Positions 1 to 8,764 of a DNA stretch of 64,000 nucleotides are shown one piece after another. The translations under genes and the position numbers were made by a program. Positions within the stretch are counted from its first letter, which is position 1. Every line of letters begins with the position of its first letter. The DNA is from an uncultured Chloroflexia bacterium (GTDB lineage: Bacteria; Chloroflexota; Anaerolineae; B4-G1; SLSP01). A model generated the notes under the pieces. The model ran no database searches. It was not told the origin of the DNA and saw nothing but the letters and a program-made list of their open reading frames with translations. The DNA lies in the NCBI GenBank assembly GCA_963751345.1, contig CAVVUS010000033.1, forward strand, positions 33,578 to 97,577. The letters are read 5' to 3'.

Positions 1-921
1 GCCGTAGCCTGGGTTGTAGGCCGAGCTAGCCTCCAACAGCGTCACGCGACCCAGCCCATCGTCGAGGGTGGCGGTGTTGACGATAGTGGTCCCGACCTGC
101 AGGGCTGTGGTCGTCACCTCTACGCTGAAGCGCAGGATGACCGGGGACCCCTTGACGACCTTGCCCGTCCAGTGAAGCGTGCCATCCGCGAGCGTCACCG
201 GACCTCCGTCACTGGCCTGCGCTCCGCCCGCGTAGGTCGTGTGCAGCGGGATCGCGTCGCTCAGGCTCGCGGTAGCCGTGACAAGGGCACGGTTGTAGAG
301 GACCAGCGTGTAGGTCACCGTATCGCCTACATCGAAGGTGGCACGGTTCACCCACTTGCCCGACAGCGAGAGGTCGGGGAGCGGCAGGGTGCTCACCGCC
401 ACAGTGAAGGCTTGGAAGTCGGCGTGGCCGGCGGCGTCGCGCGCCCTCAGGACGACGTTGTGACTGCCGACGTCCGCCACGCTGGGAGTGCCACTCAACG
501 TCGCCGTGCCGTCGCCGTGGTCGACGAGTGATAGCCAACCCGGCTTGAGCGGCGCGGTGATTGTGAGAACGTCGCCGACATCGGGATCGACCGCGGTGAT
601 GGCATAGCTGTAGAGCATCCCGACCTTGGCGACCGTATCAGGGGTGCTAATGATCTCAGGGGAACTGCCTGTGGGCAAGGGCGCCACCGCTGGTTGCCAG
701 AAGCCGCCACTCAGAATATACACGCCGCCATCGAGCGTGCCGGCAGCGGTCTGGCCGATCGTGCCGTCCATCTCATAGCCGCCTAACGCGGCGTGCCCGC
801 CCCCGCCAGCCACAACGTAGCGATCAAGGTTGAGCCCGTCGAGCGGGGCTGCCAGAGCGCCCATCGCGAGGAGGCCCACTATCGCCACACCGACTATCCA
901 TGCCACGCACCGGGTCCTCAC
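1..921 (-). CDS. Secreted multidomain protein, 3' end outside window: signal peptide, GTIGQ...GGFW N-terminal module, putative Ig domain, DUF11-like domain
   Basis: Not in ORF track because it is open at the window edge. Manual translation from GTG at 921 (GGAGG upstream): MRTRCVAWIVGVAIVGLLAMGALA-APLDGLNLDRYVVAGGGG...DGTIGQTAAG...LSGGFWQ; then YSYAITAVDPDVGDVLTITAP...WLSLVDHGDGTATLSGTP; then DLSLSGKWVNRATFDVGDTVTYTLVLYN. Confidence 0.8.
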   Translation of the reverse strand, partial: MRTRCVAWIVGVAIVGLLAMGALAAPLDGLNLDRYVVAGGGGHAALGGYEMDGTIGQTAAGTLDGGVYILSGGFWQPAVAPLPTGSSPEIISTPDTVAKVGMLYSYAITAVDPDVGDVLTITAPLKPGWLSLVDHGDGTATLSGTPSVADVGSHNVVLRARDAAGHADFQAFTVAVSTLPLPDLSLSGKWVNRATFDVGDTVTYTLVLYNRALVTATASLSDAIPLHTTYAGGAQASDGGPVTLADGTLHWTGKVVKGSPVILRFSVEVTTTALQVGTTIVNTATLDDGLGRVTLLEASSAYNPGYG

Positions 922-959
922 CTGCACCTCCCACGCTCAGGCGACTTTGCTTCGCGTGT

Positions 960-1062
960 AGCGTACTTCTCAACCGTGTGAACAGCGTGTGATGTCGTGT
1001 CAAGTGCAGTGCGACAGGAGGTCCACCGATCACACGCTATTCACACGGTCGGTCGGTATGCT
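960..1062. promoter_or_regulatory. Divergent promoter pair, each with TCACACG-N4-TCACACG-N9-TA(T/C)GCT
   Basis: Plus strand: TCACACG at 1030-1036 and 1041-1047, then TATGCT at 1057-1062. Minus strand: TCACACG at 992-986 and 981-975, then TACGCT at 965-960. Positions 973-993 and 1029-1049 form a 21-bp inverted repeat with one mismatch. Confidence 0.7.
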
Positions 1063-1120
1063 CTAGGACAAGAGATTCGGCCCAGGTGTAGCGCAGGATC
1101 GGTGGTTCCCAGATAGACCT

Positions 1121-1333
1121 ATGATGAGGGAGTCGTGTTGCAAGTATATGTCGTACCTCTTGCGGCTTTGGCTGGTGCGGACAGAGTTGGGCCTATCCTG
1201 GCGGGCGTCACTTGAGGACACCCGTACCAGAGAACGCCATGGGTTCACCAGCCTTGATGACCTACTCGGCTATCTGCGCGGCCTGGCCGAACCGCCCGAA
1301 GCCTGTCCTAGCAGAGAGGAGAACGAGCGATGA
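1121..1333 (+). CDS. Small hypothetical protein with SYLLRLW...WRASLE...ERHGF motif
   Basis: 70-aa ORF whose stop overlaps the next start (ATGA). The motif resembles small proteins I recall from Chloroflexi genomes. True start could be 1148. Confidence 0.7.
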   Translation: MMRESCCKYMSYLLRLWLVRTELGLSWRASLEDTRTRERHGFTSLDDLLGYLRGLAEPPEACPSREENER

Positions 1334-1845
1334 AGAAGGGAGTCTTTCGGTTGTGGCCTTTGGTGTTGGTGGCTTTGGCCTTGCTCCTGGCGAGTTGCGC
1401 GACGGCGCAGCTCAAAGCTCAGGCCGCCCAGGAAGCTGCCAACAAGGAAGTGGTGCAGTCCTTCCTCGGCATGTTCATGTCGGGGAATTGGGGTGACTTC
1501 GACCAGGTGATCGCCGCTGACTGCGTCCTGCACGAGCCCGGTGGCACCGACCTCGTGGGGCTGGACCAGATGAAGGCGGCCTGGGTCGAAGCCTACACGC
1601 CGCTCACGGACCTCAACGTCACATCGGTTGCCGAGGCCGGCGAGGGCGAGTACCTGATGGACTTCTACGTCATGGACGCCACGTACGAAGGGGAGTACAT
1701 GGGCCAGCAGTTTTCGGGTGTACCGGTGAGCTTTTTTCAGGCGGAGACGATGCACATCGTCGATGGCAAGATCGTCGAGTGGTGGGTGGAGTTCGACCGG
1801 CAGCGGTTGGCGGAAGAACTAGGGTTCGCGCTGCAGCTGCAGTGA
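1330..1845 (+). CDS. SnoaL-like (NTF2 fold) ester cyclase family lipoprotein
   Basis: Signal peptide with lipobox LLASC; ANKEVV..F, DQVIAADCVLHEPG and IVDGKIVEWWVEFD motifs. Confidence 0.85.
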   Translation: MKKGVFRLWPLVLVALALLLASCATAQLKAQAAQEAANKEVVQSFLGMFMSGNWGDFDQVIAADCVLHEPGGTDLVGLDQMKAAWVEAYTPLTDLNVTSVAEAGEGEYLMDFYVMDATYEGEYMGQQFSGVPVSFFQAETMHIVDGKIVEWWVEFDRQRLAEELGFALQLQ

Positions 1846-1955
1846 GCCGTGTGGCAGCGTGCGGCGGGGCGATGCATCTGACGTTGCCCGGCCGCCCGTT
1901 TGGGTCTATCATCGATATACCGTCAGCAAGGTCTTCCAATGGAGGGTTTGGTCCA

Positions 1956-2387
1956 ATGAACACACCGGATCAGGTAGCAAGCAACAAGCAGGTCCTGCAG
2001 GAGTTCCTGGAGCTGTTCATGTCAGGAAGGTGGGACGAGTTCGACCGCGTCATCCACCCGGACTGCGTGATGCACTACTCGGGCGACGTTGACGAGGTGG
2101 GGCTGGAGCAGATCATGGAGGGCTGGCGCCACTTCTATGGCAGCATCAGCGACATACAGGCCGGCACCGACGCCATCGCCAGTGAGGGCGACCTCCTGAT
2201 GGCGCTCTATACGATCGGGGGTATCTACGAGGGCACCTTCGAGGGCTTGGCCGTCGGCCCGCTGCCGGTGAAGTACCGCCAAGCCGAGACAATGCGCATC
2301 GCGGATGGCCGGATCGTTGAGTGGTGGGTGGTCTACGATGAGGTTGTGCTGGCACAGCAACTGGGGTTCGCGCTGACCGCAGCTTAG
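1956..2387 (+). CDS. SnoaL-like ester cyclase family protein, cytoplasmic paralog
   Basis: ATG 1956 with GGAGG upstream; SNKQVL..F, DRVIHPDCVMH, IADGRIVEWWVVYD; visibly similar to the preceding gene. Confidence 0.85.
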   Translation: MNTPDQVASNKQVLQEFLELFMSGRWDEFDRVIHPDCVMHYSGDVDEVGLEQIMEGWRHFYGSISDIQAGTDAIASEGDLLMALYTIGGIYEGTFEGLAVGPLPVKYRQAETMRIADGRIVEWWVVYDEVVLAQQLGFALTAA

Positions 2388-2443
2388 CAGGCCATAAGGG
2401 GCCTTGCTGGGCGGAGGGCCCGCTAGCAAGACAGGGCGGAGCG

Positions 2444-5400
2444 CTACGTGAGGAGCGCGTTGGCCCGGGCGACGAACTGCTCGCGCAAGTCCTCGACCGG
2501 CACGGTCTCGGCTAGCTCGAGTATGTGCGCGCGGGCCTGGGCCAGTTCCTTCTCACTCTCCGACTGTCGGTCCAACGCACGGTAGACGCGGGCGAGGCTC
2601 GCGTGCAGGCGCCATAGCGGCAGCCGCGCCGGGTAGTCCTGAGCGTGGGCCAACGCAGTCTCCAGCAAGAGGAGGGCCTCCGTCGTGCGCCCCATCGCCG
2701 CGAGTATCTCGGCTCGAAGTTGCCATAGGAAGGGGATGACCGGTCGGGGCTCCGGTGACGGCGCTGTGTGAGGTGCCGAGTCGATCAGGCGGTCCACGAT
2801 GTCAAGCGCCTTCGCCGGGTCGCCCTCCATTAGCGCCACTTCTGCGCGCCGGGCCCAGCATGTGCGCCGGTGGATGGTGTCCATCGGCGCCGGCGGCGCC
2901 AGGACGCCATCGAGGCACGATCGAGCCAGATCCACGTCGCCACAACTGCAGCAAACCGCTGCCAACGTGCCCGTGGCATAGTGAAACCAATGGCGTGACT
3001 GGAGCTTCTCAGCCAGGGCCAGGGCCTCCTCGAGCTCCGGTCGCGCCAACTCGGGGGCAAGAAGCTCGGTGTAGATCCCCCCAAGAATCGCGTGGGCGCC
3101 GGCGATCCATTCGAGATGCCCGATGGATGTGGCCACAATCCGAGCGCGCTCGATATTGTTCAGGGCCAGGCCGAACTGCCCCTGCGCCAGGTCGTGCAGG
3201 CTGAGGCTCCACAGGGCCCAGCCCGCTGCAGCGGGCGCGTTTGTCTCCTGGGCGATCCGCAGCGCCTCCTCAAGATCACGACGGCTGACGACAGTCCCGC
3301 GTGGCGGAATGAGTGTCGTCGTGAAGGTCTGCGCGGTTGCGGCTAGGGCCCGTCCGATGAGGCTGCTGCAGAGGCCGAGCAAGTCCCCGAGTTCACGGAA
3401 TGCCGCGATGGCGCGGTCGTAGTAAGTGATGCTGGCGCAGAGGTCTCCGTGAATCTGGGTCGCGAGCCCGAGGTCGTCGAGCGTGTGCGCTACCGCCTCC
3501 TGGCTGCCCAGCGGCTCGAGGATGGCCAGTGCCTGCCGGTGATAGTCAATCGCCTGCGGGAGGTGTTCTTGGTTCAGCCACCAGTTACCCACCCGATTGA
3601 GCGTCGTTGCCAGGACCGCAGGGTCGCCGATCTGCTGTGCCAGCTCGAGGGCCTGATCGATTAACTCGCGGCTGCGACCGTAGTCGCGCAAGGCCCACAG
3701 CCCGACCAGGTCGAGCAGGGCGCGCCACGCAGTCCGCTGGTTCCCGGCTGCCCGGCCGATCGCGAGACATGTCTCGAAGTCGCCTCGCGCGCGCTCGAAC
3801 TCCCCCAGGGCCGCGCTGCCCAGACCGCGCCCCCGGTGCAGTTCGGCGCGCCGGACCGTGTCGGATCCCACACGGTCAGCGAGTTCGATGGCCTGGGTAT
3901 ACAGAGCAATCGCGGCCTGGTGGGCGTGGGCGCGTTCAGCATTGGCTGCGGCGACGATGCTGTAGCGGAAAGCCCGCTGGTCATCGGCGGCGCCCAGGAA
4001 GTGGCGGGCCAGCTGCACGGCGACCTGGTCCGGATCCTCGCTGTGCAGAACCAGGAGCGCCTCTGCGACCTGCCGGTGCAGCAGTCGACGCTCGCCGCTA
4101 CCTAACCGGCGATACAGATGGTTCTGCACGAGAATGTGGCTGAACTGGTAGTGAACGGTCCAGCCCGAGCCCGTCTGCCCCTCGGACTGCAGTCGCACAA
4201 GATGGTAGAGCCGCTCGAGCCGTCCCAGTGCCCGCAGGCATGATCTTTCGGGCATCGGCATCGCGGCGGCAACCAGTTGTGCGTCGAAGGAGTCCCCCAC
4301 GATGCCGGCCACGCTCAGGATGTCCAGAAGTAGGGGCTCAAGACGGACGATGCGTTCCTCAATCACGGCCTCCACCCTAGCGGGAAGCCGGTCCCAGTCG
4401 AGACCGGGCGTCTCGACCCAGGCTCGGTCTCCGCCAGACCGGCGCACCAGATCGCCGCGCTCCTGCATCGCCCGCAGTAATTCGATGGTGAAGAGGGGAT
4501 GTCCGGCGGTGTGAAGGTAGAGGGCATCACGGAAGCCTGCATCGAGGTGGTTGGGCTCGGTGTCGAGCAGGGCGTCTACGAAGCGGCGCCCCTCCTCATG
4601 GTCCCATGCGTCGAGATCTACCCAGACGTCGCCGTAGAGGCGTTGCAGCTCGTGGAGCGGCCTCTCCAGCGGGTGCCGCTCGCCGGTGGGCCCGGGGACG
4701 AGTTCCTCAGGCCGGTACGCACACACGATCATGATGCGATGCTGACCGCCTGCAAGCCGCCTGCCAAGGTGAAAGAGCAGTCCAATCGAGGCCCTGTCGG
4801 CCCAATGGACGTCATCCAGGATGATGAGGAGCGGCTGCTGATCTGCGAGCGTGCACAGCACGTCGGTGACTTGACCGAAGAGGAAAGTCTGGTCCACGGG
4901 AACGCTGCCGTCTTGCGCCTGACCCGTCAGGGCCCGGATGCGCCCCAACCAGTCATCGCGGCCGGGCACCGCGCTGGCGGCCCGAGAAAGCAGGCTCTCG
5001 CCGGCCAGGATGGTCCCGACAAGCGAAGGTCCCCGTGTCACCAGTGCCGATAGCGCCGACGGCAGCGCACTCCAGAGACGTCGAGCGCCGTCAGGACCGA
5101 TCCATCCTCGCGACCCGTGCGGCTCGACATCGCCCGTCAGCATCTCCAGCACATCGCGGAAGGGGAGGTAGGGATCCCCGACCCCGGCATAGGCTGTGCA
5201 GCTTCCGCGTGCTACCAGCAGATCGGCATGCGCCCCTAGCCCCTGCCGCGCGACCTCATTCAGGAGGGCCGTCTTGCCCTGGCCGGCGGCGCCGACGACG
5301 AAGGCGAGCCGACACGCACCCCGAGCCGCCTCCTCAAGTAGGGCGAGGAGTCTGCTGATCTCACGTTCCCGACCCACGAAGACGGAATCCGGTCCGGGCG

Positions 5401-6271
5401 ACGAGGCCTCGTCCGGGTGAGATGGTCTCCCGGAGTAAGGGGGATCGAGCCGCGCCCACGCAGGGCTAGCCAATGCCCCATCTCGGATTCGTTGCCAGAG
5501 CTGCGTCGTCTCCATCTCCGGCTCGACGCCGAGTTGTTCGGCCAGCAGCGTACGGCAAGTCTCGTATTGGGCGAGCGCCGCGCTGCGCCGGCCGTTCAGG
5601 GCCAGAAGCCTCATGATCTGCCGCTGCGCCTGCTCATCGCACGGCGCAAGTTCGACCTGCCGCCAGGCGTAGGCCAAGGCGCGCCCCCACTGACCACGTC
5701 GCTCGTGGCGTTCGGTGAGCTGGCGGAGAAGCGCGATGGCCTCACGCTCCAGCCGTTCGCGCGTGATCGTGGCCCACTCCGAGAAGACTGCACTGTCATC
5801 GATCGAGACGTCTGACAGGAACGGGCCCCCGCAGAGGGACGCGGCTGCCTCGAGCTCATCCGTCGACGGTCGGACCGGCCCCGCAGCGCCGCCGGGGTTT
5901 CTGCTGCGTAGCAGGTCTTCGAACGCCCGGACATCCACCCAGACGTCGGCATCACGGTTGAGCTGTAGCGTCTGGCGGGTTGTCAGGAGGTAGGGGATCG
6001 CCGTTGCATCGACTGTGCTAGTGAGGGAGGTCACGTCACCGATCGCGGTTCGCAGGCTGGCCAACGTGTGGCGCAGGTTAGCGCGGGCCGAGCCTTCGGG
6101 CCGCTCGGGCCACAGCATCTCGGCCAGCGCGTCGCGACGCTGGGGCCGGTCGACCTCGACGGCCAGGAAGGCCAACAACGCGCGTACCTTCTCTGTCTCG
6201 AAGTGGGTGATCGGCCGATCATCCAGCGTTACCTGCATCGGGCCCAACACCTTTATGGAAAGACGGGCCAT
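2444..6271 (-). CDS. SARP/BTAD transcriptional activator with STAND AAA ATPase and TPR repeats
   Basis: N-terminal wHTH (LGP...KVRALLAFLAVE...RDALAEMLWPE...ARANLRHTL); BTAD (GPFLSD, ALAQYETCRTLLAEQLGVEP); FVGRERE, Walker A GAAGQGKT, Walker B LIILDDVHWAD, GHPLFT; C-terminal helical repeats. Confidence 0.93.
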   Translation of the reverse strand: MARLSIKVLGPMQVTLDDRPITHFETEKVRALLAFLAVEVDRPQRRDALAEMLWPERPEGSARANLRHTLASLRTAIGDVTSLTSTVDATAIPYLLTTRQTLQLNRDADVWVDVRAFEDLLRSRNPGGAAGPVRPSTDELEAAASLCGGPFLSDVSIDDSAVFSEWATITRERLEREAIALLRQLTERHERRGQWGRALAYAWRQVELAPCDEQAQRQIMRLLALNGRRSAALAQYETCRTLLAEQLGVEPEMETTQLWQRIRDGALASPAWARLDPPYSGRPSHPDEASSPGPDSVFVGREREISRLLALLEEAARGACRLAFVVGAAGQGKTALLNEVARQGLGAHADLLVARGSCTAYAGVGDPYLPFRDVLEMLTGDVEPHGSRGWIGPDGARRLWSALPSALSALVTRGPSLVGTILAGESLLSRAASAVPGRDDWLGRIRALTGQAQDGSVPVDQTFLFGQVTDVLCTLADQQPLLIILDDVHWADRASIGLLFHLGRRLAGGQHRIMIVCAYRPEELVPGPTGERHPLERPLHELQRLYGDVWVDLDAWDHEEGRRFVDALLDTEPNHLDAGFRDALYLHTAGHPLFTIELLRAMQERGDLVRRSGGDRAWVETPGLDWDRLPARVEAVIEERIVRLEPLLLDILSVAGIVGDSFDAQLVAAAMPMPERSCLRALGRLERLYHLVRLQSEGQTGSGWTVHYQFSHILVQNHLYRRLGSGERRLLHRQVAEALLVLHSEDPDQVAVQLARHFLGAADDQRAFRYSIVAAANAERAHAHQAAIALYTQAIELADRVGSDTVRRAELHRGRGLGSAALGEFERARGDFETCLAIGRAAGNQRTAWRALLDLVGLWALRDYGRSRELIDQALELAQQIGDPAVLATTLNRVGNWWLNQEHLPQAIDYHRQALAILEPLGSQEAVAHTLDDLGLATQIHGDLCASITYYDRAIAAFRELGDLLGLCSSLIGRALAATAQTFTTTLIPPRGTVVSRRDLEEALRIAQETNAPAAAGWALWSLSLHDLAQGQFGLALNNIERARIVATSIGHLEWIAGAHAILGGIYTELLAPELARPELEEALALAEKLQSRHWFHYATGTLAAVCCSCGDVDLARSCLDGVLAPPAPMDTIHRRTCWARRAEVALMEGDPAKALDIVDRLIDSAPHTAPSPEPRPVIPFLWQLRAEILAAMGRTTEALLLLETALAHAQDYPARLPLWRLHASLARVYRALDRQSESEKELAQARAHILELAETVPVEDLREQFVARANALLT

Positions 6272-6635
6272 CGCGATTCGACGATCCTATCGATGAAAGA
6301 ACCAGGCCGGCGGCGCGGGAGATGAGGCCTGTGCCTCACAGTCAGATGACGCCCGACTCCCGTGCACGCAGCGCCGCCCCTGGCTTCACGGCGATCACGG
6401 TCAAGCGGTGTCCGAGGGTTAGGTCATGACGCTATTACACTCCACTTGGGCGATCTCGGCAAGCGGTGTGCGCGCGAGGGTGCGTCGAGATTGGACCCAT
6501 CAGCGCTCTCTGCCGCTTGGAGCGGACAGGCTTCGTTGACCTTGGCGAAGAGATGGTGGCGGAGCCGCAAAGCAGATAGGAGCGGCATCGGGACATCAAC
6601 GCCCCGACGCCGCTCCTTCGGTAGCGCCTATGGCC

Positions 6636-8189
6636 TCAGGGTGCCGGGATCGTCACGGTGACCATGACGTTCGCGGTCGCCGAACCCACCGAGCGCAGGT
6701 CGAGCAGGTAATCTTCCGTCAGCGGGAGCACGCCGGTGAAGCCGGTGGCGCCCGCGTGGTCGCTCAGGAGGACGCTACCGTCGGCACCGTAGACGATCAG
6801 GACCACCTGGCCCTGGCTCGTCGCCGTCTCCACGGTCATCGTCTGTCCGGCGAGCGCGTGGACCACGAAGTGTCCGGTGGTCGACGGCGGTATGCTGGCT
6901 TGCCCCTGCCCGCTCACTGCGCCCGGCGCAAAGGTGATCCGCTGCGGAATGATCACCGTCATCGTGTAGTCAACGGCCAGGCTCCCCGACGTGACCATCA
7001 ATGTGTAGTCCTGGGTGGTCGGGACGACGCCGCGGAAGAACGCCGGACCCGGCGGCATCACGACCTGCCCGTTCGCCCCCACGACCGCCAGTGTCAGGCC
7101 CGTGGTCGGGAAGAAGTCGACTTCCATCAACTGCCCCGCGGAGACGCCGACGAGATAGCGGTTGGTGCTATTGGCGTCGATGTGCCCAGGGAATTGCGCC
7201 TGTGTCTCGCCGGCAGCGAAGAGGATGCGCGTAGTAGCGCCCGGTTCAGGCGTGGGCGTGGGCGTGGCGGTGGTGCTGCCCATGGGCGGGACCGAGACGT
7301 TGAGCGTGTAGCTGGCGGGCCCGCCCCCAACCGCCCGGACGTCGATCAGATAGTCCTGCGTCGTGGGCAGGTTGCCGGAGAACGTGGGGCTCCCGGCGTG
7401 ATCGGTCTGGAGCACGGTGCCGTCGGCACCGTAGACGATCAGGATCACCTGACCCTCGGTGGCCACGGCATCCAGGGCCAACGTCTGCCCTCCCAGCGCC
7501 CGAATCACGAAGGCCAGGGAGCTGTTTGCAGCCTGGGTCTCCGGGATCTGGATCGTGCTGGTGCCTGGCGCGAAGGTGATCCGTATGGGGATCATCAAGC
7601 TCAAGGTGAAATCTGTGGCTGCGCCGCTGTTGGTGATCGCGAGGGTGTAGTCCTGTGTCGTGGGCACCGTCCCACGGAAGAAGGGCTGTCCCTGGATCTT
7701 GATAATGACGTTGTCCGCGCCGACTATTGAGAGGCTCAGGGTGCCCTGGCCCACGGGGATCGTGTCGACACTCACCTCCATGAGCTGGTCGCTGGTTACG
7801 CCGAAGACGTAGCGAAGGGTCTCCCCGGCGCCGATGTGCCCCTGGATCGTGGCGTAAGTGGTCCCGGCGGCAAAGGCAATCCGCTCAGCCATGGATGTGG
7901 GCGGGGTCGCCGTGGATCCCGGGGCTGCCGTCGGCGGAACGGCGGTGGGTGTCGATTCTGCCATCGGGGTGCTCGTGGCCGCTGCGGGCGTCTCGATAGG
8001 CGAGGTCGCCGGTGTGGCGGTCGCTCTGTCCCCGGCGGCAGAGCTCGATGCCGTCGGACTGGACGTGGGCAGCGGCGGAGCAGCCGACCGGATCAGCGCG
8101 CAGGATGCCGTTGAGACCATCGTCAAGATGATGAGCGCCACGGCGCCCAGTTGCATCAGTTGGTGTGGTCCTGTCATTCGCTTCTTCAT
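6636..8189 (-). CDS. Lipoprotein with Thr/Pro linkers and four ~100-aa beta-sandwich (PPC-like) repeats
   Basis: Start MKKRM at 8189; hydrophobic segment ending TASC; repeated RI(A/T/L)FAxG...AGQ(L/T)M.V...GADG...F.G.(V/L)PTTQDY. Confidence 0.8.
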   Translation of the reverse strand: MKKRMTGPHQLMQLGAVALIILTMVSTASCALIRSAAPPLPTSSPTASSSAAGDRATATPATSPIETPAAATSTPMAESTPTAVPPTAAPGSTATPPTSMAERIAFAAGTTYATIQGHIGAGETLRYVFGVTSDQLMEVSVDTIPVGQGTLSLSIVGADNVIIKIQGQPFFRGTVPTTQDYTLAITNSGAATDFTLSLMIPIRITFAPGTSTIQIPETQAANSSLAFVIRALGGQTLALDAVATEGQVILIVYGADGTVLQTDHAGSPTFSGNLPTTQDYLIDVRAVGGGPASYTLNVSVPPMGSTTATPTPTPEPGATTRILFAAGETQAQFPGHIDANSTNRYLVGVSAGQLMEVDFFPTTGLTLAVVGANGQVVMPPGPAFFRGVVPTTQDYTLMVTSGSLAVDYTMTVIIPQRITFAPGAVSGQGQASIPPSTTGHFVVHALAGQTMTVETATSQGQVVLIVYGADGSVLLSDHAGATGFTGVLPLTEDYLLDLRSVGSATANVMVTVTIPAP

Positions 8190-8317
8190 TTGCTCTGTAC
8201 CCTTCCTCTCTGCATTCGTATCTGTTGGGTTTGTCCTCCATCTTATACCATATCCGTTGACTTTGGCGATGGCTTGGGTTGGATCGGGCGGTGGTGGGTT
8301 TGGGCGGTGGGAGTATA

Positions 8318-8753
8318 GTGGTGCGGCCGAGATCGACATCACGCCCTGTGTGGGCACGACCTGACGGGATACGTGGCACGGCTGGGTCCCTCTGTGGGTG
8401 TACGCGACCGGCTAAACGCGCGGGCGCTAGTCATGGACGATGGCACGACGCGGGCGGTGATCGTCGTCTGTGATCTGGTGGGGCTGGACGGGGTGATTAG
8501 TGCAGCTGCCCGGCGCCGCGATCGGTGCGGTGCCTGGGTCCGTCATGGTGGCCTGCACGCACACGCACTTCGGCCCGGCTACGATCATTCTGCATGCGGG
8601 TACGATCCCACGGCCTTCGGCGGGAGGGACCGCGCGTGGTTCCTTCAGGCGCTCAACGCCGGGGGGATCCCGTGCATGGAGGGTTACGTGCCGCTCTATG
8701 AGCTGCCCGCGATCCGCGGCGGCAATCATCTTCGAAGCATTCATCTTTCTTGA
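8318..8753 (+). pseudogene. Chimeric remnant: neutral ceramidase-like N-terminus joined to a DegT-aminotransferase-like C-terminal piece
   Basis: Across frames: GAAEIDITP..., GYVARLGPSVGVRDRLNARALVMDDGTTRAVIVVCDLVGL, VMVACTHTHFGP; then FGGRDRAWFLQALNAGGIPCMEGYVPLY. No clear start, and far shorter than either parent family. Confidence 0.5.
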
Positions 8754-8764
8754 GGGGGTGTCCG

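Noticed and set aside
2444-6271. Avs-type antiphage STAND system
   Set aside because: The N-terminus is a SARP wHTH-BTAD transcription module, not a nuclease, TIR or SIR2 effector, and no defence genes are adjacent.
1330-6271. Secondary-metabolite cluster suggested by SARP plus SnoaL genes
   Set aside because: No PKS, NRPS, RiPP precursor or tailoring genes are visible in the window.
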